This document shows, piece by piece, positions 20,971-32,129 of a DNA stretch of 64,000 bases (positions are counted from its first letter, which is position 1; each line of letters starts with the position of its first letter). This stretch comes from Limnothrix sp. BL-A-16 (GTDB lineage: Bacteria; Cyanobacteriota; Cyanobacteriia; CACIAM-69d). The position numbers and the translations under genes are program-made. The DNA is taken from assembly GCA_041937175.2 (NCBI GenBank), contig CP166615.1, positions 1,952,001 to 2,016,000 on the forward strand. The letters are read 5' to 3'. The notes beneath the pieces are model-generated. The model saw nothing but the letters and a program-made list of their open reading frames with translations, did not search any database and was not told the DNA's origin.

Positions 20971-21723
20971 ATGACAGGGCTGCTGGCAAAACTCGATGAC
21001 ACCCGCGATCGAGTGGTCGATCGCACCCGAGAACTCAGACAACGGCCGCCCCAATGGTTGCGTCGGCCCAAGTTTTTGATTGCGGGGGCACTGGTGACCT
21101 TTGCCGCCTCCTGGGCCGGGGCCCAATCCAGCGCCGCTCACTACTACTTCGATCAGTGGGAGCGGGCGCAACTGACCAAAACCCTGGCCGCTTTGAACCA
21201 ACCCACGCCGGATCAGCAACCCCGCTGGGCCGCCATCACCGATCAACGCTGGAGCTTTTTGGAGCGATCGACCCGGGCCATGGCCCAAGCCGCCAGCACC
21301 GGCCTGGTGAACTTTAAGGAACTGCCCTTTAATCCCAAGGCATCGATGGCAATTCTGAAGCGGCTGGATAATGTTCGTTGGCTCCAGGTCGATATTGGCA
21401 ACCAACGATTAACCGCCTGGGAAGGAAATCGCCAAGTCCGCACGGATGCGGTTTCCACCGGCAAAGCCCGCACACCCACCCTGCCCGGCACCTGGACGAT
21501 TTACACCAAGCTGCGATCAACCCGGATGCGCGGCCCCGGCTATGACGTGCCCAATGTGCCCTACACGATGTATTACGACGGGGGCTATGGCATCCATGGA
21601 GCCTACTGGCACAACAACTTCGGCACACCCATGAGCCACGGTTGCACGAACCTCCCCGTGTCTACCTCCCGCTGGTATTTCAACTGGGCAGAGGTGGGCA
21701 CGCCTGTGGTGGCCCATCGCTAG
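20971..21723 (+). CDS. L,D-transpeptidase (YkuD domain)
   Basis: 'VSTGK..TPT' and the catalytic motif 'GIHG....FG.PMSHGCTNL'; N-terminal TM. Confidence 0.92.
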   Translation: MTGLLAKLDDTRDRVVDRTRELRQRPPQWLRRPKFLIAGALVTFAASWAGAQSSAAHYYFDQWERAQLTKTLAALNQPTPDQQPRWAAITDQRWSFLERSTRAMAQAASTGLVNFKELPFNPKASMAILKRLDNVRWLQVDIGNQRLTAWEGNRQVRTDAVSTGKARTPTLPGTWTIYTKLRSTRMRGPGYDVPNVPYTMYYDGGYGIHGAYWHNNFGTPMSHGCTNLPVSTSRWYFNWAEVGTPVVAHR

Positions 21724-22379
21724 GGGCGATCGAGGCTGGTTGGATCTGGATCCCGCACCCACAGGGCCAAACCGCCACTGCGCCCCCGAGCCGCCAGCCC
21801 CGATTCACCGGCCCAACAGAACGCAAAAAAGGGCAAATAACCGATCGCCCGGCGGTTAAATGGCTCCTGGGTCAGGGCCTTTGTGGCTGGCCGTTCGCCC
21901 CGGACTGGGCCGCGATACACCACCCGATCGCCAAGCCCGATCGCCAGTTCCAAAAAATCAAAAGCCAGTAAATTTCGTTGGCCCACCCAACGGGCTGGGC
22001 CAGAAAACTCCATAAAAATTGGCCCCACCTGCACTCGGTTGGTGATCCGGGCGATCGCCCCCGTGGCTTCGTTGGCCAAAAAAGTCAGATAGGCCGGGGC
22101 AAAGGCTGGAAAGTAAAACCCCCGATCGCGCTGGGCCGACTTTTTGGGCGACACCACCCCCAAGCGCCAGCGACCCACCAGCGACCCTTCCGAGAGCTGC
22201 ACCCGATCGCGGCGGGTTTGGGTTTCCACGGTTTTCAGCGCGGTCACCACGGCGGCCGGCCGCGGGCGCTCAGGCTCAGACTGGGGATTTTGAATCGATC
22301 GCGCCGTCTGTTCCAGCAGTTGCGCGGCGGCCGGTTGCATTGCGATTTCGGTTGCCATGATGGAGGCGGTCATAGTCAT
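21720..22379 (-). CDS. Hypothetical protein, PAP/fibrillin-like
   Basis: Contains lipocalin-like 'LVGRWRL' and 'AARGRSGGLALW'. Confidence 0.65.
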   Translation of the reverse strand: MTMTASIMATEIAMQPAAAQLLEQTARSIQNPQSEPERPRPAAVVTALKTVETQTRRDRVQLSEGSLVGRWRLGVVSPKKSAQRDRGFYFPAFAPAYLTFLANEATGAIARITNRVQVGPIFMEFSGPARWVGQRNLLAFDFLELAIGLGDRVVYRGPVRGERPATKALTQEPFNRRAIGYLPFFAFCWAGESGLAARGRSGGLALWVRDPDPTSLDRP

Positions 22380-22482
22380 ATAGCCATAGTCAATAATAGT
22401 TCTGCTCTTCGGGATGCCAACGGCTCCCGGCCACCCCTCCTCAATCTGCTATTCCTTCTCGATCCGCCATGCATATCTCGCC

Positions 22483-23313
22483 ATGAATATTTTGATTAGC
22501 AACGATGACGGGATTTTTGCCCTGGGCATTCGCGCCCTTGCCAATGCCTGCGCCGAAGCGGGTCACCAAGTGACGATCGTCTGTCCCGATCGGGAACGTT
22601 CCGCCACGGGGCACGGCCTGACGCTTCAGGATCCCATTCGCACGGAACTGGTTCCCAACCTGTTTCACCCCAGCATCACCGCTTGGGCCTGTTCTGGAAC
22701 GCCTGCTGATTGCGTCAAGCTGGCCCTGGGGGCCCTGCTCGATCGCAAGCCCGATGTGGTGCTGTCGGGGATTAACCACGGCCCCAACCTGGGAACCGAT
22801 GTGCTCTACTCGGGAACCGTTTCGGCGGCCATGGAAGGCCTGTTGGAGGATATTCCCAGCTTTGCCTTCAGCCTGGCCAAGTTTGGCCATCTTGACTTCA
22901 GTGCCGCCGCCGAGTTTGCCGTGCAAGCGGTGGCCCAACTGATCGCCCAGCCGCCCGCCCGGCCCATGCTGCTGAATGTGAATATTCCAGCGCCCGACGG
23001 CCCGATCGCGGGTGTGCAGCTCACCAAACTCGGCTTCCGGCGCTATCACGATCTGTTTGAAAAGCGGGTGGATCCCCGTGGCCGCACCTACTATTGGCTG
23101 TCGGGAGAAGTGCTTGAAGAAATTGACCCGGAAACCATGCCCGGGGGCCAAACTTCGCCCCTGATTACCGATGTGCAAGGAATTCGGCAAAACTACATCA
23201 CCCTCACTCCCTTGCATTTCAATTTGACCGATTGGGCGGAGATGCCCGCCTGGCAACCTTGGATCGATCGACTGGCCGAAAGTTACGGGCCCGTGCCTAA
23301 TCCCGCAGGCTAA
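22483..23313 (+). CDS. surE: 5'/3'-nucleotidase SurE
   Basis: 'ILISNDDG', 'GTPADCV' and '[10 protein letters not shown]...[11 protein letters not shown]'. Confidence 0.97.
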   Translation: MNILISNDDGIFALGIRALANACAEAGHQVTIVCPDRERSATGHGLTLQDPIRTELVPNLFHPSITAWACSGTPADCVKLALGALLDRKPDVVLSGINHGPNLGTDVLYSGTVSAAMEGLLEDIPSFAFSLAKFGHLDFSAAAEFAVQAVAQLIAQPPARPMLLNVNIPAPDGPIAGVQLTKLGFRRYHDLFEKRVDPRGRTYYWLSGEVLEEIDPETMPGGQTSPLITDVQGIRQNYITLTPLHFNLTDWAEMPAWQPWIDRLAESYGPVPNPAG

Positions 23314-23353
23314 TCCATCAGGTCAATTTCCCAAGAATGGGTTAATCAACCGT

Positions 23354-23803
23354 TTAAATACCCCAAATTTGCAGAGAAACGGAGCGCGATCGGGGGCCGT
23401 CTAACTCAAACAGCAGCACCGATTGCCATTGCCCCAAACCCAAGACCCCATTCACCAGAGGAATCACCTGAGAGTTACTCAGGGCGATCGCCATCAGATG
23501 GGAATGGGCATTGATCGGTTCATCTTCCGGCACATCTCGCAAATGCAGATCATTGTGGCGATAGGAACCCATCGGCGGGGCCAAAGTTTTGAGCCAAACC
23601 TTCAAATCCTGCAACAATCGCACTTCATATTCATTCACCGCCAAGGCCGTGGTGGTATGCAAAGAAGAGACCAGAATTTGACCGTTTTGAGCACCGGTTT
23701 GGTGACAAAATTCGGCAACTTTTTCGCGAATTTCGGGAGTTAAATCATAGATTTCAATCCCTGAATCGGTGTTTCGTTTCAGGGTGTGGTGAACAATTTG
23801 CAT
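23354..23803 (-). CDS. yjbQ: YjbQ/UPF0047 family protein
   Basis: 'HTTTAL..NE', 'NAHSH' and 'LGQWQ...ELDGPR'. Confidence 0.9.
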   Translation of the reverse strand: MQIVHHTLKRNTDSGIEIYDLTPEIREKVAEFCHQTGAQNGQILVSSLHTTTALAVNEYEVRLLQDLKVWLKTLAPPMGSYRHNDLHLRDVPEDEPINAHSHLMAIALSNSQVIPLVNGVLGLGQWQSVLLFELDGPRSRSVSLQIWGI

Positions 23804-23870
23804 GGAGCTAAGGGAACGATGGGCAGAGAACGAAAAGAAAAATCAACAGAATCAAATCGGATCGAATAGG

Positions 23871-23935
23871 GCTGAATTGATTTGAATTGGGTTGATTTGA
23901 ATTGATTTGAATTGGGTTGATTTGAATTAACTTGG
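23871..23935. repeat. Pentanucleotide (NTTGR) tandem repeat with a duplicated 25-mer
   Basis: ATTGATTTGAATTGGGTTGATTTGA occurs twice, just downstream of the ylqF stop. Confidence 0.8.
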
Positions 23936-23939
23936 ATTA

Positions 23940-24929
23940 CTAACTGGGCGGTAGTTCCAGGGGCAAATTACCCAACGCACCCTTCCGAAAGTCTTGCAAC
24001 AGGGTACGGGCCGCCCGTTCCCGATCGCCCTGATAACGAAATTCCGCCAACGCGGGCACATAGTCCTCGCCGTTCAGGAGTCCCGGGGCTAAGCCATAGC
24101 GTTTTTCCAATGCCCGATCGCCCGTCGATCGCGCCGCTGCCTTCGGGATTTCCGTGGCGATTTCTGTTAAAGATCCCGGCGAGGTTTCTGTCAAAGATTC
24201 CGGCAAAGTTTCTGGCGAAATATCCGCCGAGGTTTCGAGCGTCGGTTGCGGATCCAAATGCAACCCGCAGAGCAAATCCACCAAAGCCGCCGCCACCTTT
24301 TGGTTGTCGTAGGCCGCTTGGCCAATGTCGTCGCAAATGGCTAGCTTCACGGCCGCCGACTGATCCACCAAATTGGCGGGCAAAATACCCGGCGCATCTA
24401 GTAATTCCAACTCCGAAGAAATTCGCACCCACCGCAATTGGCGCGTTACCCCCGGTTTGGCCGCACTTTCCACCACGCGCCGCTTCACCAATCGGTTAAT
24501 CAGCGCCGACTTGCCCACATTCGGAAATCCAATCACCGCCGCCCGCACTGGCCGCGGCCGCATTCCCCGTTGCAACCGTCGCTCATTCACCCAAGCCGCC
24601 ACATCTTGGGCCGCATGGGCGATCGACTTCACCCCCTGGCCCTGGCGTGCATCGGTGAAATAGGGTGTTTCCCCTTGCGATCGCATCCATTGTTCCCAAT
24701 TTTGGCGAATGGGCCCCGGGATGGAGTCCACCCGATTCAGCACCAACACGCGGCCGGTTTTAGTGCCGGGGCGCTCCAGCCAACTTTGCAACTTTGGGTG
24801 ATGGGTGGCCAGGGGAATTCGTGCATCCCGCACCTCAAAAACCACATCCACCAATTTGAGTTGCTCCAGAAGGGCTTTTTCGGCTTTGGCAATGTGACCG
24901 GGATACCACTGAATGGTTGGGGTAATCAT
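23940..24929 (-). CDS. ylqF: Ribosome biogenesis GTPase YlqF/RbgA
   Basis: 'IQWYPGH', 'DARIP', 'GFPNVGKSALIN', 'PGVTR' and 'LLDAPG'. Confidence 0.95.
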   Translation of the reverse strand: MITPTIQWYPGHIAKAEKALLEQLKLVDVVFEVRDARIPLATHHPKLQSWLERPGTKTGRVLVLNRVDSIPGPIRQNWEQWMRSQGETPYFTDARQGQGVKSIAHAAQDVAAWVNERRLQRGMRPRPVRAAVIGFPNVGKSALINRLVKRRVVESAAKPGVTRQLRWVRISSELELLDAPGILPANLVDQSAAVKLAICDDIGQAAYDNQKVAAALVDLLCGLHLDPQPTLETSADISPETLPESLTETSPGSLTEIATEIPKAAARSTGDRALEKRYGLAPGLLNGEDYVPALAEFRYQGDRERAARTLLQDFRKGALGNLPLELPPS

Positions 24930-24963
24930 GGGCGGGCAAGGGTGGAGAAGAACTGGAAACGGG

Positions 24964-26460
24964 CTACTCGTTCATGTCTTTGTAGGTGGCGACGGCGGAA
25001 GGCGAAATGCGATTGAGATATCGGAAAATCCAATACTTAATCACAGCATCCAAAATCACCGGAAAGGTCGCAATAAACAAAAACATAAAGTCTTTATTTT
25101 CCGGTAGCCCCAGGTGTCGAGAAATGCCGCTGACCACCACTTCCCAGCCGTGGGCCGAGTGATATCCCACAAAGATATCGGTTGAAAGAATGATCACGAA
25201 GGCCTTAGCGCTGTCGCTCAGACCATACATAATCTCATCAATGAAGGACTTGAGAACGGCAATTTCTTCACGACTATAGGCAATGACTAGCCCAAAGCCG
25301 GCCAGGGACAGGAAATCGGAAAAGACGTTTTTGAGGGCATCGGCGCTGCGAACCCAGGATTCATTGGCAATTTCTTCGGCTTTTTCTTGAACTTTTTCCT
25401 CAATTTCTTCGGGGGTGAGTTTGGGGGTTTTGCCCAGCAAGGACTGGAAATGTAAGAAGTTTTCATAGCGCTCTAGCTCAACCATGGCTTCTTCTTGCAT
25501 GTCCATGTTGAGGAAGACGTTGTTGATGCCGGGGTGATAGACCCGATCGACGATCGGCCCTACCAGAAAGTTTTTGGACATCTGCTGCACCAACAGGGGC
25601 ACCAAAATTAGCAGCAAGATGAATTTGAGCGAAACGATCGTTCGCACTTTGGAGGTGCGATAGTTTTGCAGCACTTCTTCTTCGGAACGATCGTCCAGGT
25701 CGCGCCGCACGCGATCGAAGGTGGTGAGGAGCGATCGGGGAATGAGGCCAGTGCTGCCGGTGGCGGAGGGTTTGCGCATTCCGCCGGAGATGTTGCGCGT
25801 GGCCACGTTCAGGGCCCCGGCTCGCCAACTGGAGGGCCGCTTGGGGCGAATTTTGGCGGCGTTGGCCGCGGCCTGCCACGATCGGGACTGGTCTAGGGGC
25901 GCGGTGGTGGTGGGGGCGGTGACGGGGGGCGATTCCTCTGGGGTGGCGGGCAGGTTGTCGCTGTTGAGTTCCAGCCGATCGACCGATCGACCGTGGACAT
26001 AGCGATCCAAGATATTGTCGATTAGCTCCAGTTTTTTGAGCACGATGAAGGAGCGATCGCCCGGTTCCGAAAATCGCCGGCCGCTCGCGTCGGTGCTGGT
26101 GGCGATCGGGACGTTGGGATTGCTCAGTCCCGATTCCGTTTTGCGGCTGGGAATCCCGATCGTCTTGGTGCCAAAATCCAAAAAAGCATTGCTGCTGTTG
26201 AATTCCCACAACCGCACATCGATCATTTTCAGTTGTTTTTGCAGCTCGGTGCGAAAGTAATCGCAGGTGCTTTCGCCGTAGCGGGTGCTGTCGAGGTCGA
26301 TTGGATTGCCCTCGAAATAGCGATCTTCCAGGGCCCGAATGGCGAGGGCCGCTTCATAGGCCTGGTTGAGCGCCCGTTCTGGGGTGGACTCGTACCAACT
26401 CCCCGCATTCACCCAGAGCGATCGCAAACCCGGAAGCCACCGATTCTTCATATTGCTCAA
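24964..26460 (-). CDS. pxcA: Proton extrusion protein PxcA (CemA family)
   Basis: 'TPERAL..AY.AAL', 'LSDSAKAFVIIL.TDIFVGYHS.HGWE' and 'FIATFPVILD..KYWIF'. Confidence 0.95.
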   Translation of the reverse strand: MSNMKNRWLPGLRSLWVNAGSWYESTPERALNQAYEAALAIRALEDRYFEGNPIDLDSTRYGESTCDYFRTELQKQLKMIDVRLWEFNSSNAFLDFGTKTIGIPSRKTESGLSNPNVPIATSTDASGRRFSEPGDRSFIVLKKLELIDNILDRYVHGRSVDRLELNSDNLPATPEESPPVTAPTTTAPLDQSRSWQAAANAAKIRPKRPSSWRAGALNVATRNISGGMRKPSATGSTGLIPRSLLTTFDRVRRDLDDRSEEEVLQNYRTSKVRTIVSLKFILLLILVPLLVQQMSKNFLVGPIVDRVYHPGINNVFLNMDMQEEAMVELERYENFLHFQSLLGKTPKLTPEEIEEKVQEKAEEIANESWVRSADALKNVFSDFLSLAGFGLVIAYSREEIAVLKSFIDEIMYGLSDSAKAFVIILSTDIFVGYHSAHGWEVVVSGISRHLGLPENKDFMFLFIATFPVILDAVIKYWIFRYLNRISPSAVATYKDMNE

Positions 26461-26692
26461 ATCAAAGGCGGTTGAAATGCTGTGGCCTGAGATGCTGTGG
26501 CCAGCGATCGGGCTGACAAGTTAACATCGTTCCCTGACAAAGATTCAGGGAATTCCGAACCATGATTGAACCCCACGTAGTTGCGCAAAGAAACCCAAAG
26601 GGCAACCCGGGAACGGGGCTGGAGGGCTGGGGCTAGGGTAATCGTTTGGAATCACTGGGCGATCGGTATCATAGCAAAACCATCATTTTTCC

Positions 26693-28920
26693 GTGCTTGT
26701 GGCTAACCATTTCCCGGACTCCGCCACGTTTGCGCCCGATCGCCCGGCTTCGATCGCCCGATCCATTTGGATCACAGGCGGGGCCCTCAGCGGCAAAACC
26801 CAAACCCTGGTGGATTGGTTCCAGGGGTTGCGGGATCAGTTGCCCCCGGGGAGTCGGGTGTTGGCCCTGGCGGCCAGCAGCGAAACCCGTTGGGCCCTGA
26901 TGGAACGGTTGGCGGCGGTGGGCTGGCCGGCAATCGACTGCACCACGCCTCTGGGTTTTTTTGAGCAGGAGGTGATGCTGTTCTATCCGTTGCTGGCGGA
27001 GCGGGCGGGGTTTGTGCCGCAATTTCCGCTGCTGTTGCGCCCGGAAAATGAACAGGAACTGGCGGGGCAGTTGTGGGGCCCGGCACTGGCTGAAAACCCT
27101 GATTCACCGATCGCCCAGCCCTTGCGAGAGCGGGCCGTGCGGCGGCTGTTGGATCTGTTGCAGTTGGCGGCCAACAGCGGCGCGGATTTGGCGGAAATTC
27201 CCGATCGCCTGGTGCAAGGGCTGGGGCCAGCGGCGGCGGTGGAACTGCCGGGAGATTGGGTCGATCGGGCGGGCGCTCTGATTGTGGAATGGCGAGATTG
27301 GTGCTTGCGGCGCGGTCTGCTCACCTACGGGCTGGTGAGTTGGCTTTATGGCACGTTTTTGCTCGCGGATCCGCGCTATCTCGATCGACTGCAACGACGC
27401 TATCAAGTGGTGTTGGCCGATGACACCGATGATTTTCCGGCCCTGGCGGGGCGGCTGTTGTCCCTGTTGCAGGAGGGCGGGGCTGGGCGGGCTACACCCA
27501 CAATCGCGATGGGGCCAGCCGCTTGGGGTTGGGTGCGGATCCCGCAGCCTTGCAGCCCTTAGCCGATCGCTGCGAAGGTCATCTGGATTTGGGACGCGCG
27601 AATCACGATTTTGTGCAACGGGTGGCTCCGTTGCTGACCACGGTGGCACGGGAACCCTTTGCGATCGCCCAATGGGCCGAAGCTTGGCCCTCCAGGGTGC
27701 AAGTGTTGACCACCATTGCTCGGGCCCAATTGCTGCGGGAAACGGCCGAAACCATTGTCCAAGCCGTCCAAACGGAAGCGATCCAACCCCAGGACATTGC
27801 GGTGATTAGTCCCGGTTTGGACTCGATCGCGGGCTATACCCTGGCCACCATCCTGCGCGATCGGGGATTACCCGTGACCCTGTTGAGCAACCAGCGGCCC
27901 TTGATCAGTTCGCCCACGGTGCGATCGCTTCTGACCCTTTGGACGTTGGTTTATCCGGGCTTGGGGGATTGGCTGAATCGGGAAGATGTGGCGGAAATGT
28001 TGGTGGGGCTGAGTACGGAACCGGATCCTTGGTTAGCCACCCCGGCCCCGGCGGCCACCGGGGCCGGGTCGATCGAGACAGCTGCGGCGTTGGATTTGGC
28101 GCTGCCGGACTTGGCGGAAACCAGCCCCACGGGCCTGCGCCGGGCGATCGATCCCGTGCGCGCTGGCCTGATTGCCGATCACTGCTTCCGTCCCGATCGA
28201 CAGCGGCCGGAACTGTTGCCCGTGGAAGTCTTTGCCCGTTGGGATCGGTTGGGTTACCGAGCCACCATGGCCTATCAAAAGCTGCGATCGTGGATTAGCG
28301 AACAACAGCAGCAACTCCGCCAGCGCCTGATTCGCAGCCCCCTAATTGTGCTCGATCGCGCCGTTCAGCAGTTTTTGTGGCATGGGGGGCGCTTGGATCC
28401 CGCCGAATTGGCCGCCCTGCGCGAACTCCTAGAGGCCGCCCATCGCTATTGGGACATCAGCCACCGCATTGATCCCCAAGCACCGGAAACGGAGACCATT
28501 CGCCAATTCATTGCTCTGTTACGACGCGGCACGATCGCCGCCAACCCCTTCCCCAGCCAAGTGCTGAACCCGGCCCCCAGCGGCATCATCCTCGCCAATA
28601 TTTTCCAGTACCGCACGGCTCGCCTTTCCCACCGCTGGCACTTTTGGCTAGATGCCGCCTCGCCCCTTTGGCCCCGAGGGGGTGCAGCGGTGTTGTTCGG
28701 TTCACCCCTGTTCTTGCAAGATTGGAACGGTCGCCGCCGCACCCCAGACGACGAGGAACAAGCAGACCTCGATCGGTTCGATCGAGTGGTGCATGACCTG
28801 TTGGGGCGTTGCCGCGATCGGCTGTATCTGTGCCACAGCGATCTATCGGTCACCGGCCAAGACCAGTTGGGCCCCATGCGCCCGGTGATCGATGCCAGCG
28901 AGCTTGGCGTAAGCGATTAG
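26693..28920 (+). pseudogene. Frameshifted SF1/UvrD-like helicase-fold protein (ORFs 26693..27562 and 27523..28920)
   Basis: ORF1 has Walker A-like 'ITGGALSGKT' and Walker B-like 'VVLADDTDD'. ORF2 has motif VI-like 'LLGRCRDRLYL'. One base missing at the G run 27479-27482 would join them. Confidence 0.75.
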
Positions 28921-28924
28921 GAGA

Positions 28925-29183
28925 TTGGGGCTTTCCCGTTCGTCGGCAACCCTGATTCCACCGTGGCGAGATCGTGGGGTGCAAGGGGCTGAGGGCTGGT
29001 CGTCAAATTGCCTGAAACCCTAATGATCTCGTTCTCCCAACCAATCAGTCGGAGGGGCGGGGTCTCCTCGCCCAGTTCCCGTGATCCTTGGGTGTTCCCA
29101 GGGGTGAACAGGGTTAGAGCGATCGCCCGGGTTAGGGTTGGGAGACCCAATCCCTACGGCGATGGAAATGACGACAGGCCCTA
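28925..29183. mobile_element. MITE-like element (28993-29181) preceded by a degenerate 68-bp unit, with an internal REP pair
   Basis: Terminal IRs GGGCTGGTCGTCA / TGACGACAGGCCC followed by TA. Internal GTAG-type REP-like hairpins at 29051-29073 and 29135-29157. Confidence 0.7.
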
Positions 29184-29783
29184 AGCCCAGGCCAGGTAAG
29201 GCAAACGGCCGGCAGTGGCCTGCACGGCCTCTCCTTGACTGACCAATTGACCGCAGCTATCCCACATGCCGCTGAGGAAGGCCTGGCGCGGCCCTTCCTT
29301 CATGGTGACGGTGATGGTTAAGTCCCCGATCGCAGCGGTCAGATTCACCAAATCCAAGGAAACCGAGGCGCTGGGGTTGGCTTCAATGGCCCCTTGCAAT
29401 GCCAACACATCCTCATGGCTAGCCGTGACGCAGGGAATCCCGATCGCCACGCAATTGCTAAAGAAGATTTCTGCAAAACTTTCGCCCACGATCGCCCCAA
29501 TCCCCCAACGGGCGATCGCCTGGGGTGCATGTTCACGACTGGAACCACAACCAAAGTTACGATTCACCACCAACAGCTTGGCCCCTTGGTATTGAGCCTG
29601 ATCAAAAGGATGCTCGCCGTTTAGTTGGGTGCGATCGTCCACAAAGGCATATTCACCCAATCCATCAAAGGTGACACAGCGCAGAAAGCGAGCCGGAATG
29701 ATGCGATCGGTGTCAATGTCATCACCGCGTAACGGCAAACCAGTACCCGAAACCCGTTGAACTTGACTGTTGATTTCGCTCAT
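29181..29783 (-). CDS. leuD: 3-isopropylmalate dehydratase small subunit
   Basis: '[14 protein letters not shown]', '[12 protein letters not shown]' and 'SFAEIF..N'. Confidence 0.97.
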   Translation of the reverse strand: MSEINSQVQRVSGTGLPLRGDDIDTDRIIPARFLRCVTFDGLGEYAFVDDRTQLNGEHPFDQAQYQGAKLLVVNRNFGCGSSREHAPQAIARWGIGAIVGESFAEIFFSNCVAIGIPCVTASHEDVLALQGAIEANPSASVSLDLVNLTAAIGDLTITVTMKEGPRQAFLSGMWDSCGQLVSQGEAVQATAGRLPYLAWA

Positions 29784-29923
29784 AGGACTGCTAAAAGGCT
29801 GCTGATGGTCATGAAACAGAGTGGAGTTATCCTACCGCAATCGGATGATTTCGTTTCGATGATCTGGCTTAGGGAACTGAGTTTGGCCCTAAATCGTTAC
29901 TCAACGCCCTTAGCTCAATGTCC

Positions 29924-31351
29924 TTAACTCGCCGTTGGCGGAGCCGGAGGTTGAGCCGCCAAATTGATTCGATCGCTCAGTTGGCGTAAATTTTGGGCAA
30001 ACTCCGGATCCGCATCCTTTAATTGCGCCACTTTGTCACAGCTATACATCACCGTGGTGTGATCTTTGCCGCCAAATTCTTCCCCAATTCGGGGCAAGCT
30101 CAAATCCGTATGTTGTCGCATCAAATACATCCCAATTTGACGGGCTTGGCTAATTTCCCGGCGGCGAGAATTACCCTTCAAATCCTCAATCAAGATATTG
30201 AACGCATCCGCCACAATTTGAATCACCGACTCGGGCGAAGCTTCCACCGTTTCCACAGGCGGGTTCAAAACCGGCGCAATATTCTGCACCGTCATCGGCA
30301 ATCCCGAGATCGAAATATAGGCCACCGCCCGAATTAGGGCCCCTTCTAATTCCCGAATATTGGAGGTATAGCTAGCGGCAATATATTCAATTACATCGCG
30401 GGTCATCCGAATATTTTCGTACTCGGCTTTTTTCTGCAAAATGGCCATCCGGGTTTCAAAATCCGGCGGCTGAATGTCGGCAATTAAGCCCATGGAAAAC
30501 CGGGACGAAAGCCGTTCTTGCAACCGAGGAATTTGACTGGGCGGGCGATCGCTGGCCAACACCACCTGCTTGCCCGCTTCGTGCAATGTATTGAAGGTAT
30601 AGAAAAACTCCTCTTGGGTATATTCTTTCCCTTCAATAAATTGAATGTCATCCACAATGAGCACATCAACGGCGCGGTAAAACTCCCGAAACCGCTGCAT
30701 CCCATCCTTACGAATGGCGGCGATCAAATCATTGGTGAATTGTTCAGTGGAGACGTAATAAATTCTGGCATTCGGATCGGTTTCCAGGCGGTAATGACCG
30801 ATCGCCTGCATCAAATGGGTTTTGCCCAGTCCCACTCCCCCACACAAAAACAGGGGGTTAAATTCCCGACCCGGCGACTCAGCCACCGCCAGGGAAGCCG
30901 CGTGGGCCATGCGGTTGTTGGCCCCCACCACAAAGCGCGAAAAGGTATATTTCGGGTTCAACTCTGTGGCGGTGCGGCCCCGATCGCTGGGGGCAGGGCT
31001 GGCGATCGGCGGGGCACTGGGGGGATCGGCGATCGGCTCCGGTGGCGGCAAAAAGGCTTCCGGGTCGATCGCCCCGCCAACGCTTTCATCACCCCGGGCC
31101 GCCACGATCTGAATTTCCACCTCATGGCCCAACACCTCGCGGGCCGCCTGGGAAATAGCCTTTAGGTAATACTTTTGCAGCCAATTGCGAGCAAAGGGCG
31201 TGGGAGTCCGCACCACCAAAGCCTGATCGTCTAAGCGCTCTGCGATGGCCGTTTTGATCCAAGTTTCAAACGTTGGCCGACTCAGTTGGTTTTGGAGCTG
31301 ATCCAAAACCTGACCCCAGAACGCATCGAGCGATTTTTCCACGGTGGACAT
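29924..31351 (-). CDS. dnaA: Chromosomal replication initiator DnaA
   Basis: '[10 protein letters not shown]', '[10 protein letters not shown]', 'DDIQF' and domain IV '[13 protein letters not shown]'. Confidence 0.98.
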   Translation of the reverse strand: MSTVEKSLDAFWGQVLDQLQNQLSRPTFETWIKTAIAERLDDQALVVRTPTPFARNWLQKYYLKAISQAAREVLGHEVEIQIVAARGDESVGGAIDPEAFLPPPEPIADPPSAPPIASPAPSDRGRTATELNPKYTFSRFVVGANNRMAHAASLAVAESPGREFNPLFLCGGVGLGKTHLMQAIGHYRLETDPNARIYYVSTEQFTNDLIAAIRKDGMQRFREFYRAVDVLIVDDIQFIEGKEYTQEEFFYTFNTLHEAGKQVVLASDRPPSQIPRLQERLSSRFSMGLIADIQPPDFETRMAILQKKAEYENIRMTRDVIEYIAASYTSNIRELEGALIRAVAYISISGLPMTVQNIAPVLNPPVETVEASPESVIQIVADAFNILIEDLKGNSRRREISQARQIGMYLMRQHTDLSLPRIGEEFGGKDHTTVMYSCDKVAQLKDADPEFAQNLRQLSDRINLAAQPPAPPTAS

Positions 31352-32129
31352 CCTCTGGACGAATCTCGATCGAACTCCCATCGCAGGTCACCGGTAGCGA
31401 TTCCACCCGTGCCCAACACCCCCAACGGTGTATTGCCCTGCGACTTCAGTTCGATGGCAACCATTCGATTGCACTGGTTGACTGCATGGTTCGCTGCATC
31501 CGGTTGATTGCTTGGATTACAGCGATCACTGCAACTGGCAACCAGTGCAGCGAAGTTATTCTAGCCGTCTTTGTTCGATTGAGCGGATCGAACCCGACCC
31601 AGCAGACCAAAACCCGGCCAAAACCAACGCAACAGCCCCGGAAGCCAGGGAAGCGATCGAGCAGTTGGGTCACCCTCACGCCCTGGCGAGCGGTTGCGTT
31701 GGCTCCGTCAGTAGGCTGGCAGTGCTCCTTCAGTCGTACTCGGTCAGCACTGGATTTAGTACGCAGTCAGTACATTGGACTGGGCCGATCGGCCCGTCAT
31801 CAGATTCCTCAAGACCCTGATTCCATGCTGGTCTGGTCGATCGCGCTCCAATCATCACCACAACTCCAGCAGCGAAATGCAGCATGAAGGGTCTGCTCGC
31901 TGACATCTAGTGTCCAGCAAAGAGCCATAAACCTATCATGAATCGGGCCAAGGGGCGATCAGCCGGAATTTCTTAAACAATTAATTCTGCTGATTCGGCC
32001 GATTCCGCCCTTGGGACTCGCCATGGTTAATGACTTGGTGTAACTGAACGCAACGAATGGGAAGAATTTACGGATAATCTAATGCGGGCCATCTGCCCCT
32101 AATTCCTGTTGTTAAACCGATCTGAGCCT

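Noticed and set aside
31273..31887. 204-aa plus-strand ORF overlapping the dnaA start
   Set aside because: The composition is not protein-like, it overlaps dnaA in antisense, and it has no motif.
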